Program-made: the position numbers and the translations under genes
Shown here: positions 42,853 through 52,049 of the stretch, one piece after another
Numbering within the stretch: position 1 is the first letter of the stretch
How the letters are laid out: the number at the start of each line of letters is the position of its first letter
The notes under the pieces: generated by a model
What the model saw: only the letters and a program-made list of their open reading frames with translations
Told to the model about the DNA's origin: nothing
Databases searched by the model: none
NCBI GenBank assembly: GCA_044224875.1
Contig: JBGAJQ010000013.1
Coordinates: 28,119 to 92,118 of the forward strand
Source: Gemmatimonadaceae bacterium
GTDB taxonomy: Bacteria > Gemmatimonadota > Gemmatimonadetes > Gemmatimonadales > Gemmatimonadaceae
Reading direction: 5' to 3'
Length of the DNA stretch: 64,000 nucleotides

Positions 42853-42982
42853 GTGCGTCTGGTGTTATGGGATGTCAGCGTCGGACAAGGACGTCTAATC
42901 CTGACGGCGAAGCTCCCATTGCGCCAGCGCGCGTTGTGCGCCACCCTGAGACAGGTCCTCGTCCGCGGCCCAGGGAGACTTC

Positions 42983-43870
42983 GTGAGACCGGAAATACGC
43001 CGTATCCAGGACGTCATGGAGCGTGAGGCATACATCACCGACCGTCAGATCGCGACGGCGGTGCACTTGGCGATTGCGCTCGGAAAGCCGCTGCTGGTGG
43101 AGGGGCACCCGGGCGTCGGAAAGACGGAGATTGCGAAGGTTTTGGCGAGGATTCTGGACGCCGACCTCATCCGGCTACAGTGCTACGAGGGCTTGGACGC
43201 GACCACGGCGCTCTACGAGTGGAACTACCCGAAGCAGCTGCTCCACATCAAGCTGGAAGAGTCGGGGGCGACACCGCTGGACCAGCGGGAGCACGAGTTG
43301 TTCAGCGACCGCTTCCTGCTCAAACGGCCGCTGCTGGCCGCGATTGCACACCAGGGCAAGGCACCAGTCCTGCTGATCGACGAGGTCGATCGAGCTGACG
43401 AGGAGTTCGAGGCGTTCCTGCTCGAGGTGCTCTCCGATTTCCAGGTCACGATTCCCGAACTTGGCACGATTCGAGCTGTCGAGCGTCCGGTGGTCGTCCT
43501 GACGTCCAATCGCACGCGCGAGCTGTCCGAGGCGCTGCGTCGTCGCTGTCTGTACCTGTGGATCGACTATCCGGGCTTGGAGAAGGAGCTGCGGATTGTT
43601 CGCACCAAGGTCCCGGGCCTGACGGAACAGCTGACGCGGGATGTCGCGACGTTCATGCAATCCATGCGACGGATGCAGCTGGCAAAGACGCCTGGTGTGG
43701 CCGAGGCGTTGGACTGGGCGGCGGCGTTGGTCGCCCTGGGAGCGGACCACCTGGACGAGCACCTGGTCCGGGAGACCTCCGGATGCTTCGTGAAGGATGA
43801 GGGCGACTTGCGATTGGTGTCGCAGCTCATGGACGAGGGACGACTGGCCAGCATGCTCAGCATCACCTGA
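42983..43870 (+). CDS. coxD: MoxR-family AAA+ ATPase, CoxD-like
   Basis: EGHPGVGKT, RLQCYEGLD, ALYEWNY, LLIDEVDRADEEFEA, LRRRC. Confidence 0.9.
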   Translation: MRPEIRRIQDVMEREAYITDRQIATAVHLAIALGKPLLVEGHPGVGKTEIAKVLARILDADLIRLQCYEGLDATTALYEWNYPKQLLHIKLEESGATPLDQREHELFSDRFLLKRPLLAAIAHQGKAPVLLIDEVDRADEEFEAFLLEVLSDFQVTIPELGTIRAVERPVVVLTSNRTRELSEALRRRCLYLWIDYPGLEKELRIVRTKVPGLTEQLTRDVATFMQSMRRMQLAKTPGVAEALDWAAALVALGADHLDEHLVRETSGCFVKDEGDLRLVSQLMDEGRLASMLSIT

Positions 43871-45000
43871 TGTCGCCGGACCTTGTGGCGCACTGCGTGC
43901 GTTTTTGCCGTGCCCTTCGCGATCGCGGTGTGGATGTGACGCCGGCCGAAACGGTGCTGGCAACGCGCGCGTTAGGCCTCCTGGACGTCGGTGACCGCGA
44001 AGACGTGCGGTTGGGACTCCGTAGCGCGTTGGTGCTCCAGCGGGCGCACTACGAACTCTTCGATGACACGTTTGACGAGTTCTGGGGTGGGGCAGGACGG
44101 CGCGCGGCGTCACCACCGGGATCGTCCGCCAAGACCACGCGGGGAAGCGCGCCCACGCAACCGCGGCAGCAACCCGCCGTCACCATGGCCAATTGGATGA
44201 AGGGGCCACAGGGGGCGCGCGAGGAACACGTGCCGGTTCGGCAACCGTCCGATCGAGAATCGTTAGGCTCCCGCGACTTCTCCTCGTTTGGCAATGAGCA
44301 GGCCGCCGCGTTCGAACGCCTCGCCCGCCGGATTGCCCGCCGGCTGTCACTGCGTCCCAGCCGGCGATGGGAGGCTGCGGCCCGTGGCACCCGCATTGAC
44401 ATGCGTCGCACCATTCGTGGATCACTGCGCACCGGTGGCGAGGTCGTGACACTGGAGTGGCGCCGTCGCAAGATCCGTCGCACGCGGCTGGTCGCGATCT
44501 GTGATGTGTCCGGGTCCATGGAGCTGTACGCGCGCTTCCTTCTGCAATTCCTCCACGCGCTGCAGAACACGTTCGCCAACATCGAGACCTTCGTCTTCAG
44601 CACGCGACTCACGCGCACCACGGACGTGCTGCGTCATGCGCGATGGGCCCAGGCGCTGTCAGGCATCGCCAAGAGTGTGACCGACTGGTCGGGAGGCACG
44701 CGAATCGGTGCCTCACTGACGCAATTTGTAGCTGAATGGCTGCCCCTCGTCGATCGCCGGACGGTCCTGCTCGTTCTATCTGACGGCTGGGAAACAGGTG
44801 ATCCAGCCGTCCTTGGCGAGGCCATGCGATGCCTGCACGCACGGGCGGGACGCGTGATCTGGTTGAATCCCTTGATGGGGAGCGAGGACTACGCGCCTGA
44901 AACACGAGGGATGCAGGTGGTCCTGCCGCACCTGGACGTCCTGGCGCCTGCGCACAACATCGAGAGTCTGGAGCATCTCGTGCGGCACCTGGTCATCTAA
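43870..45000 (+). CDS. coxE: vWA-domain protein, CoxE-like
   Basis: DVSGSM MIDAS, FSTRL, WSGGTRIG, SDGWETG, WLNPL. Confidence 0.9.
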   Translation: MSPDLVAHCVRFCRALRDRGVDVTPAETVLATRALGLLDVGDREDVRLGLRSALVLQRAHYELFDDTFDEFWGGAGRRAASPPGSSAKTTRGSAPTQPRQQPAVTMANWMKGPQGAREEHVPVRQPSDRESLGSRDFSSFGNEQAAAFERLARRIARRLSLRPSRRWEAAARGTRIDMRRTIRGSLRTGGEVVTLEWRRRKIRRTRLVAICDVSGSMELYARFLLQFLHALQNTFANIETFVFSTRLTRTTDVLRHARWAQALSGIAKSVTDWSGGTRIGASLTQFVAEWLPLVDRRTVLLVLSDGWETGDPAVLGEAMRCLHARAGRVIWLNPLMGSEDYAPETRGMQVVLPHLDVLAPAHNIESLEHLVRHLVI

Positions 45001-45016
45001 CGTAGAGCCGGCATCC

Positions 45017-46099
45017 ATGACCGAGCGCATTGACTTTCCCAAACGGCGCGCCACCGTGGCGACCCTGGTGGCGACCCATGGCACGTCGCCCAAGGCGCCC
45101 GGCGCCAAGATGTGGGTAGGTGAGGATGGCGCCATACTCGGCTCCGTGACGATCGGCGGTTGCGTGGATGCGCGGGTGATCGAGGAAGCGGGACGGGTGC
45201 TTGCCGGTGGCGTGCCGGATGTTCTGGAGATGTCGTTAGGTGACGAAGATGCCTGGGCCCTTGGGATGACCTGCGGGGGGACGGTGGAGTTGCTGTTGGA
45301 GCCGGTGGATCCGTCCCGGCCCAACGATCCGGTCGCGCAGGCGCTCCATCACGCCGATGCCGTGGTCGCGCAGGGCCGGCGGGCGGTGGTGGTCGCCACA
45401 CTAGACGCATCGTCGGCGCGGCTCGTCGTCGACGATCGCGGCGGCACCGCGGGCACGCTTGGCGATGCAGCGCTGGACGCGGCGGCGCGGCAGGAAGTGG
45501 AAAAGGTCCTGGCCAAGGGGGTGAGTGGCACCCGCAACGTGCAAGTCGGCGGGGTCGAGCGTCGACTCTATTTCGAGTTGTACGCCCCACCGTTGACGCT
45601 GACCATCTTCGGGGCGACGCACGTCGCCATGCCCCTCGTCGAACTGGCCCAGCCGTTAGGCATTCGCACCGTGGTCGTGGACGGGCGTGAGCGCTTTGCC
45701 AACCGCGATCGCTTCCCGGCGGCCAATGAGATCCTTGTCGGCATGCCGTCGGAGATCGCCGAACGGATGAACTTCGGGCCGATGTCGTTGGTGGTGTTGT
45801 TGGCGCACGACTACAAGTACGATTTGCCAGTGCTGAAGGCCGTGTTGGCGACCGACGCCGCCTACATTGGACTCCTCGGCAGCAAGCGCCGTGGCGCCGC
45901 CCTCATGGAGTTTCTCGCCGGCGAGGGGACGGATCCGCAACAGCTCAAACGCGTGCGCAATCCCGTTGGCCTGGACATCGGCGCGCAGTCGGCGGCAGAG
46001 ATCGCACTGAGCGTCCTGGCGGAGGCGATGGCGGTGATCCGCGGACGCTTTGGCGGACCAATGCGCGAGCGTGCGACACCGGAGAGCAGGCCCGCGTGA
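45017..46099 (+). CDS. xdhC: XdhC/CoxI family Moco insertion chaperone
   Basis: GSVTIGGCVD, GMTCGGTV, YIGLLGSKRR, PVGLDIGA..AAEIALS. Confidence 0.9.
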   Translation: MTERIDFPKRRATVATLVATHGTSPKAPGAKMWVGEDGAILGSVTIGGCVDARVIEEAGRVLAGGVPDVLEMSLGDEDAWALGMTCGGTVELLLEPVDPSRPNDPVAQALHHADAVVAQGRRAVVVATLDASSARLVVDDRGGTAGTLGDAALDAAARQEVEKVLAKGVSGTRNVQVGGVERRLYFELYAPPLTLTIFGATHVAMPLVELAQPLGIRTVVVDGRERFANRDRFPAANEILVGMPSEIAERMNFGPMSLVVLLAHDYKYDLPVLKAVLATDAAYIGLLGSKRRGAALMEFLAGEGTDPQQLKRVRNPVGLDIGAQSAAEIALSVLAEAMAVIRGRFGGPMRERATPESRPA

Positions 46100-47136
46100 A
46101 GGCACTCGCCATCATCCGCTCGCGGCTCGCCGACGGCGAGTGGATGGGCGCCGTACTCGCCATGGACCTGCGCGATCCGAACGGGCGCATCGGCATGCGG
46201 AAGGGACTGGTGCTCCAGCGTGCCGACCAGGAGCGATTGTCGGAACTACCGTGGACAGAGTTGCACGTCGTTGCCCTGGGGGAGGACGATGTACCGGAGC
46301 CTGAGGCGGGCCTTCAGCTCGCGACGATTGCCGCGGGATCCGGCTGCAACGTGGCGAGGAACTCGGCCAGTGGCGGGCACTGGGCCATTGAATCTGCGCA
46401 TCGGGGCATCGTGCAGGTGAAGGTGGATGCGTTACACGGGATGAACCTGATCGACGGGCTGGCGGTCTACACGCTGTACCACGGTCAGGTGGTGGACGTT
46501 GGTGAGGTGGTGGCCCGGGCGAAGATCGCGCCATTCGCTGTGCCGCGTTCGGCGCTCGGTTGCGCCGAACACCAGGCCGGCGATGGGGTCGTGTCGGTGC
46601 GGCCCTTCACACCCATGCGGGTGGGCGCGGTGGTGAGTGAATCGTTAGGCTCGGCGGCCATGGCGCGCTTTCGGGCGGCGCTCGAGGAGAAGGTGAGATG
46701 GCTCGGGAGCAGCATGCTGGCGCCGATGTTCGTCGCCCCCGATCCCGGGGCCGTGGCCGACGGCCTGACGGCGATGCTTCACCAGCGATCCGATGTGGTC
46801 CTGGTCGCCGGTTCTCGACCGAAAGACCCATTGGACCCGACGTACGTCGCCTTGGCGCAGATGGGGGCGACCTTCGAGCGGCGGGGCGTGCCGGCGCACC
46901 CGGGAAGTCTGGCGTGGCTGGCGCGGGTGGGCGACGTACCCGTGGTGGGTATGCCGTCATGTGGCCTGTTCTCGAAAGCCACGGTGTTCGACCTGATATT
47001 CCCACGGCTGCTGGCGGGAGAGCGAATTGGCGGTCGCGATCTTGCCGCGTTAGGCCACGGGGGTTTTCTTACCAAGGACATGGCGTTTCGGTTTCCCCCG
47101 TACCGCCCGGCACGCGAGCGCGGTGAGATCGAGTGA
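46096..47136 (+). CDS. Molybdopterin-binding (MoeA/MogA-like) domain protein
   Basis: ARAKIAP; DPLDPT; GVPAHPGS; VGMPSCG. GTGA overlap with xdhC. Confidence 0.75.
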   Translation: MKALAIIRSRLADGEWMGAVLAMDLRDPNGRIGMRKGLVLQRADQERLSELPWTELHVVALGEDDVPEPEAGLQLATIAAGSGCNVARNSASGGHWAIESAHRGIVQVKVDALHGMNLIDGLAVYTLYHGQVVDVGEVVARAKIAPFAVPRSALGCAEHQAGDGVVSVRPFTPMRVGAVVSESLGSAAMARFRAALEEKVRWLGSSMLAPMFVAPDPGAVADGLTAMLHQRSDVVLVAGSRPKDPLDPTYVALAQMGATFERRGVPAHPGSLAWLARVGDVPVVGMPSCGLFSKATVFDLIFPRLLAGERIGGRDLAALGHGGFLTKDMAFRFPPYRPARERGEIE

Positions 47137-47540
47137 ACATGGCCAATCCGTATGGCCCAACCCTGCTGGCGCACTTTCGCAAGCCGAAGAACCGCGGTTC
47201 GATTCGGCATCCGACGATTGCCCAGGAAGGGAGCAATCCGCTGTGCGGAGACCGGGTACGGATCGAAATGCAGATCGAACACGGAATCGTTGTTGATGCG
47301 AAGTTCACCGCAAATGCCTGCGCGATCTGCGTCGCGGCGGCAGACGTGCTGACCGGATTGGTGCAGCAGGCTCCCCTGGACGAGGTCGAAACCCTGACGG
47401 TGACGGATCTCTTGCGTGCACTAGCGGCCGAAATTCCGGCCACACGAATGAACTGTGTTCGACTGCCCCTCACCGTGATGCACGGGGGGTCGCAGCTCTA
47501 TCGTCAGGCGCAGGCGGATGCCGCGGGAGACAGGACGTGA
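47133..47540 (+). CDS. SufU/IscU (NifU_N)-like scaffold or sulfur-transfer protein
   Basis: HFRKPKNRG, NPLCGD, ACAIC, RMNC..LP. Confidence 0.85.
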   Translation: MNMANPYGPTLLAHFRKPKNRGSIRHPTIAQEGSNPLCGDRVRIEMQIEHGIVVDAKFTANACAICVAAADVLTGLVQQAPLDEVETLTVTDLLRALAAEIPATRMNCVRLPLTVMHGGSQLYRQAQADAAGDRT

Positions 47541-48145
47541 TCGCGGCGATTGTCCTGGCGGCGGGTCAATCCAAGCGCTTTGGTGCGCCCAAGATCCTGG
47601 CGTCACTGGGCGGTGAGCCACTCGTCCGCCATGTGGTGGGACGTCTGCAGGATACGTCGGTCGACGAGATCATCGTGGTAGCGGGAGATGAGGCTGACGA
47701 GATGGGCCGCGCCATCCATGGCCTGCGGGCACGCCTGGCGGTGAACCCGCGTCCCGAGGAAGGGATGTCCGAGTCCTTACGTATCGGGTTGCACGCCGCC
47801 CCGGCGGACGCCGCGGCGCTGCTCATCGCGCTGGGAGACCAGCCGCTGATCGAGCCCTTTGTGATTGAGCTGATGATCGCCGCCTGGCGCGGCGGACGGG
47901 GCATGATCATCGCCCCCGAGTACGAGGGCCAGCGCGGCAATCCCGTATTGTTCGACGGCTCCCTCCGCGCCGAGTTGATGCTGATCGAGGGCGACCAAGG
48001 CGCGCGGCAACTCCTGGATTCATACTCGTCGTACGTCTACCGGCTGCGGGTGGACCGACCCATGCCGCGAGACGTGGATACCGTCACCGACCTGCAGGAC
48101 GTGGAACGGGAACTGGCCGAGGGAACGAAGTCCGCCGAGGCATAA
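47537..48145 (+). CDS. mocA: Molybdenum cofactor cytidylyltransferase (MocA-like)
   Basis: LAAGQSKRFG, GMSESL, LGDQP, GNPVLF, GDQGAR, DVDT. Confidence 0.85.
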   Translation: MIAAIVLAAGQSKRFGAPKILASLGGEPLVRHVVGRLQDTSVDEIIVVAGDEADEMGRAIHGLRARLAVNPRPEEGMSESLRIGLHAAPADAAALLIALGDQPLIEPFVIELMIAAWRGGRGMIIAPEYEGQRGNPVLFDGSLRAELMLIEGDQGARQLLDSYSSYVYRLRVDRPMPRDVDTVTDLQDVERELAEGTKSAEA

Positions 48146-48310
48146 CCACGCGGAACGTCGGCGCGCCCGGCGTAGCCCAAATGCGAAAGCGTGCTGGCAC
48201 AGGCAGTCGTCCAACATGATCGAACTGCCCTCTTGCCGTAGAGCATTCCCGTCGGCACCCTCTAGCGCGGCGCAAGGCTGCCGTCCGCTTCTCCGTCCAA
48301 CCCACGACGC

Positions 48311-49621
48311 ATGTCCACACTCCGCCGCACGTTAGGCGTCACAGACCTTACCCTGCTCGTCATCGGGAACGTGATCGGGTCCGGGATCTTCCTCGTCCCC
48401 TCCACCGTCCTCAAGCAGTCGGGTTCCGTGAGCGTGGCCCTCCTGGTCTGGCTGGTTGGCGGCGTCCTCTCGCTGTTCGGTGCCTTGGCCTACGGCGAAC
48501 TGGGCGCCATGGACCAGAGCTCGGGGGGACTCTACGCGTTTATTCGCGATGCCTTCGGTCGGTTTCCGGCTTTCTTGTATGGCTGGACGCTCTTCTTTGT
48601 CATTGGGGCCGGTACCATTGCCACCCTTGCTGTTGCAGCCGCGAACTACATGGGGCAGTTCGCCGATCTCACGCCGCGCATGAAGCAGGTGGTGGCCGTC
48701 GCGCTCATCGCCATCATGACGGTCATCAACGTGCGTGGCACTCGGCAGAGTGCGTCGGTGCAGAACTGGGCCACTGGGATCAAGGTCGGTGCGATCCTCG
48801 TGATGAGCGTGATTCTTCTCAGCATGGGGGGCGCCAATCGGTCGAGCGAAGCGCCGCTGGTGGTGGGTACGTCGGTGTCGATGTTGTCGGCGGTCGGCAC
48901 GGCCATGATATCCGTCTTGTGGGCTTACGAAGGCTGGCAGTATGTGACCTTTGCAGCTGGCGAGGCGGTCGACCCCCAGCGCTCCCTGCCACGCGCGATC
49001 ACGATCGGGACAGCCGCCCTCATCGCGATCTACCTTCTGGCGAACGTCGCCTACCTTGCCGCGCTCGGACCCGAGCGCGTTGCCGCATCGGAGCGGGTGG
49101 CTGGAGAGGCCGTGGCCGCGGTGCTCGGATCCTGGGCCGGTAGCGCGATCGCCATCGCCATCATCATCTCGATGTACAGTGCGGCGCACGCCACGGTGAT
49201 CACGGCGCCGCGCGTGTACTTCACCATGGCACGGGATCGGGTGTTCTTTTCCAAACTCGCCGAGGTCCATCCGAAGTTCGGTACGCCGGCATTCGCGGTC
49301 GTCACCTCGTGCATCTGGTCTGCTGTCCTGGCCTGGAGCGGCACCTTCGAGCAGTTGCTCACCTACGTGGTGTTCGTCGGATGGATCTTCTACGCCCTGG
49401 GTGCGGCGAGCGTGATCGTGCTGCGCCGCAAGCGTCCGGACGTCCCGCGCCCATTCCGGGTACCCGGTTACCCGCTAACGCCCATCCTGTTTGTGCTGGC
49501 GGCAATCGCCATCGTTGGCAACACGATCGTCACCCAGCCGACGCAGGCTGCAATCGGCCTTGGCGTGGTATTCCTTGGCGCACCGGCGTACTGGTTGTGG
49601 ACCCGGGGCCAACGGACATGA
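48311..49621 (+). CDS. APC family amino acid permease
   Basis: IGSGIF, YGELG, WAYEGW, RPFRVPGYP; about 12 TM helices. Confidence 0.92.
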   Translation: MSTLRRTLGVTDLTLLVIGNVIGSGIFLVPSTVLKQSGSVSVALLVWLVGGVLSLFGALAYGELGAMDQSSGGLYAFIRDAFGRFPAFLYGWTLFFVIGAGTIATLAVAAANYMGQFADLTPRMKQVVAVALIAIMTVINVRGTRQSASVQNWATGIKVGAILVMSVILLSMGGANRSSEAPLVVGTSVSMLSAVGTAMISVLWAYEGWQYVTFAAGEAVDPQRSLPRAITIGTAALIAIYLLANVAYLAALGPERVAASERVAGEAVAAVLGSWAGSAIAIAIIISMYSAAHATVITAPRVYFTMARDRVFFSKLAEVHPKFGTPAFAVVTSCIWSAVLAWSGTFEQLLTYVVFVGWIFYALGAASVIVLRRKRPDVPRPFRVPGYPLTPILFVLAAIAIVGNTIVTQPTQAAIGLGVVFLGAPAYWLWTRGQRT

Positions 49622-52032
49622 TCGCGAACGAGAGCACTCTGACGACTCGCTCGGAGCCGCGTCGCAGGATCGCCCGACGGACGACGATCGCGTGCCTGCT
49701 GGCGGCGACCGCCGCGGCGTGCGCCCAGGACGAGTCCGCACCTGTCCTTGGTCCAACCAAGCCATACGCTGCGGTGTCGTCTGAGCTGGAGCGGTTCATC
49801 GCAGCTCAGATGGCGGACAAGAATCTCCCGGGCCTTTCGATTGCCCTTGTGGACGATCAACGCGTGGTTTGGGCGAAGGGCTTTGGATACGAGCGCCTCA
49901 AGGATTCCATTCCGGCCACCGCCCAGACGGTGTATCGCGTGGGCTCGGTGTCAAAACTCTTCACGGATCTCGCCGTGATGCAGCTGGTGGAGCGCGGACG
50001 GTTGAATCTCGACGCGCCGATCGGCGAGGCGCTCCCCGACTTTCACCCTGGCAATGCCTTCGGTGGTGACATCACACTCCGCGAGCTGATGTCCCACCGG
50101 TCCGGATTGGTGCGTGAGCCCCCGGTCGGTCACTACTTCGACGACACATCGCCGACCCTGGCCGCGACGGTCTCCAGCCTCAATGGCACGGCCCTGGTGT
50201 ACGCTCCGCAAAGCCACACCAAGTACTCGAATGCGGCCATCGCCACGGTAGGCTACGTACTCGAAGCGGCTCAACAGGAACCGTTTGCGTCGTACGTGAA
50301 ACGTTCCGTCCTCATCCCGATGGGACTGCGTCACGCCGCGTTCGAACCGGAGCCGAGTCTCGCCCGACATCTCGCCACCGCGCAGATGTGGACGTATCAC
50401 GGTCGCACCTTCGACGCCCCAACGTTCCAGTTAGGCATGGCGCCGGCGGGGAGCATGTACGCCACCATGCCAGACCTCGGCCGCTTCATGAGCGTACTGT
50501 TTGCCGGCGGGCGCGGGCCTGGAGGGCAGGTCGTGAAGCGCGAGACGTTGGATACGATGTGGACGCCGCAGTTCGCCGACGCAGGATCGAAGACTGGCTT
50601 CGGTATCGGCTTCGCGATACGTGAGCTCGACGGCGCGCGCGTCGTGCGACACGGCGGCGCGATCTATGGGTTTGCGACGGAGCTTGCCGCCCTCCCCGAT
50701 GAGCGGCTTGGTGTTGCGGTTTCCATCTCGAAGGATGGCGCCAACGCGGTGGCCGGCCAGATCGCCAACGCCGCACTGCGCTTGATGCGAGCGGCCAAGG
50801 CCGGCAGTGCGTTGCCTGTCCCACACATGACGTCGGCGACCAGCATGGCCTTCGCCCGTCGCGCGGAGGGAAGGTACGGCCGCGGCGAGGGTGCGTTCGC
50901 GATCGTCCGTCGTGATTCGACGTTGTCGTTGCGCCGCGATGGCGGTGGGCACTGGACGCGCCTTCGCCTCTTTGGTGGTGACACGCTGGACGCCGATGAT
51001 GTGCTGGCGTTCGGGGGCAGTGCAATCCGAGTGATTGGCGACGGCCAGGTGGTGCTTGGGAGCGACACCCTTCGCCGCCTGCCTAACGGCCCGCTTCCAG
51101 CGGATCCGCCAGCCGCGTGGCAGGGACTGATCGGCGAGTATGGGTGGGACTACAACACCTTGTATGTGTTCGAGAAGGAAGGGCGATTAACGGCGCTGAT
51201 CGAGTGGTTCTTCGAGTATCCGCTTACCCCGGTGGCCGCGGACACGTTCGCCTTTCCCCACGAAGGCCTGTACGATGGCGAGCGGATGGTATTTCACGTG
51301 GACTCGAGCGGACGCGCCACCGGAGTTGTTGCTGCCGGGATTACGTTCAAGCGACGCACGATCACCGGTGAGGACGGTAGCGTCTTTCGTATCACTCCCG
51401 TCAAGCCCGTCGAGCAGCTCCGCACCGACGCCCTGGCGGCGACACCACCGGCGGAACAAGGGGATTTTGTCCAGTCCGACTTGGTGGAGCTGACGACGTT
51501 GGACCCCACCATTCGCCTGGACATTCGCTACGCCACCGACCGCAACTTCCTGAGCACACCGGTCTACACGCAGGCCCGCGCCTTCCTGCAGCGGCCCGCG
51601 GCGGAAGCCCTGGTACGCGCGCATCACGCGCTCCGTGCCAAGGGGTACGGCCTGCTCATTCACGACGGCTACCGCCCATGGTACGTGACCAGGATGTTCT
51701 GGGACGGCACGCCGGACTCGGGGCATGTCTTCGTCGCCGACCCGTCGAAAGGTTCAAAGCACAACCGTGGCGGCGCCGTCGACCTCACGATGTTTGACCT
51801 GAAGACGGGAAAGCCGATTCTCGCAACCGGCGGTTACGACGAGATGTCGGATCGGTCGTATCCGGACTACCCCGGTGGGACCTCACGCCAGCGCGCCCTC
51901 CGCGAGATGCTGCGCGATGCCATGGAGGCCCAGGGCTTCACCGTCTACGAAGCCGAGTGGTGGCATTTTGACTGGAAGGATTGGCGGCGCTACCACATCG
52001 GCAACACCAAGTTCGAGGACCTCGGACGCTAG
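49618..52032 (+). CDS. Lipoprotein: beta-lactamase-family serine hydrolase fused to VanX-type D-Ala-D-Ala dipeptidase (M15D)
   Basis: Lipobox-like AAAC; SVSK, YSN and HGG motifs. C-terminal DIRYAT..NF, DGYRP, SKHNRGGAVD, EWWHF. ATGA overlap with the permease. Confidence 0.9.
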   Translation: MIANESTLTTRSEPRRRIARRTTIACLLAATAAACAQDESAPVLGPTKPYAAVSSELERFIAAQMADKNLPGLSIALVDDQRVVWAKGFGYERLKDSIPATAQTVYRVGSVSKLFTDLAVMQLVERGRLNLDAPIGEALPDFHPGNAFGGDITLRELMSHRSGLVREPPVGHYFDDTSPTLAATVSSLNGTALVYAPQSHTKYSNAAIATVGYVLEAAQQEPFASYVKRSVLIPMGLRHAAFEPEPSLARHLATAQMWTYHGRTFDAPTFQLGMAPAGSMYATMPDLGRFMSVLFAGGRGPGGQVVKRETLDTMWTPQFADAGSKTGFGIGFAIRELDGARVVRHGGAIYGFATELAALPDERLGVAVSISKDGANAVAGQIANAALRLMRAAKAGSALPVPHMTSATSMAFARRAEGRYGRGEGAFAIVRRDSTLSLRRDGGGHWTRLRLFGGDTLDADDVLAFGGSAIRVIGDGQVVLGSDTLRRLPNGPLPADPPAAWQGLIGEYGWDYNTLYVFEKEGRLTALIEWFFEYPLTPVAADTFAFPHEGLYDGERMVFHVDSSGRATGVVAAGITFKRRTITGEDGSVFRITPVKPVEQLRTDALAATPPAEQGDFVQSDLVELTTLDPTIRLDIRYATDRNFLSTPVYTQARAFLQRPAAEALVRAHHALRAKGYGLLIHDGYRPWYVTRMFWDGTPDSGHVFVADPSKGSKHNRGGAVDLTMFDLKTGKPILATGGYDEMSDRSYPDYPGGTSRQRALREMLRDAMEAQGFTVYEAEWWHFDWKDWRRYHIGNTKFEDLGR

Positions 52033-52049
52033 CGTCCGAGGTGGGAGCG

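Noticed and set aside
48146..48310. Riboswitch upstream of the amino acid permease
   Set aside because: Only a short GGCAGT/ACTGCC stem is visible; I could not match a known aptamer consensus. An Rfam search would settle it.
49618..52032. Vancomycin or beta-lactam resistance locus
   Set aside because: No vanH, vanA, vanR/S or mobile context; the motifs fit generic peptidases.
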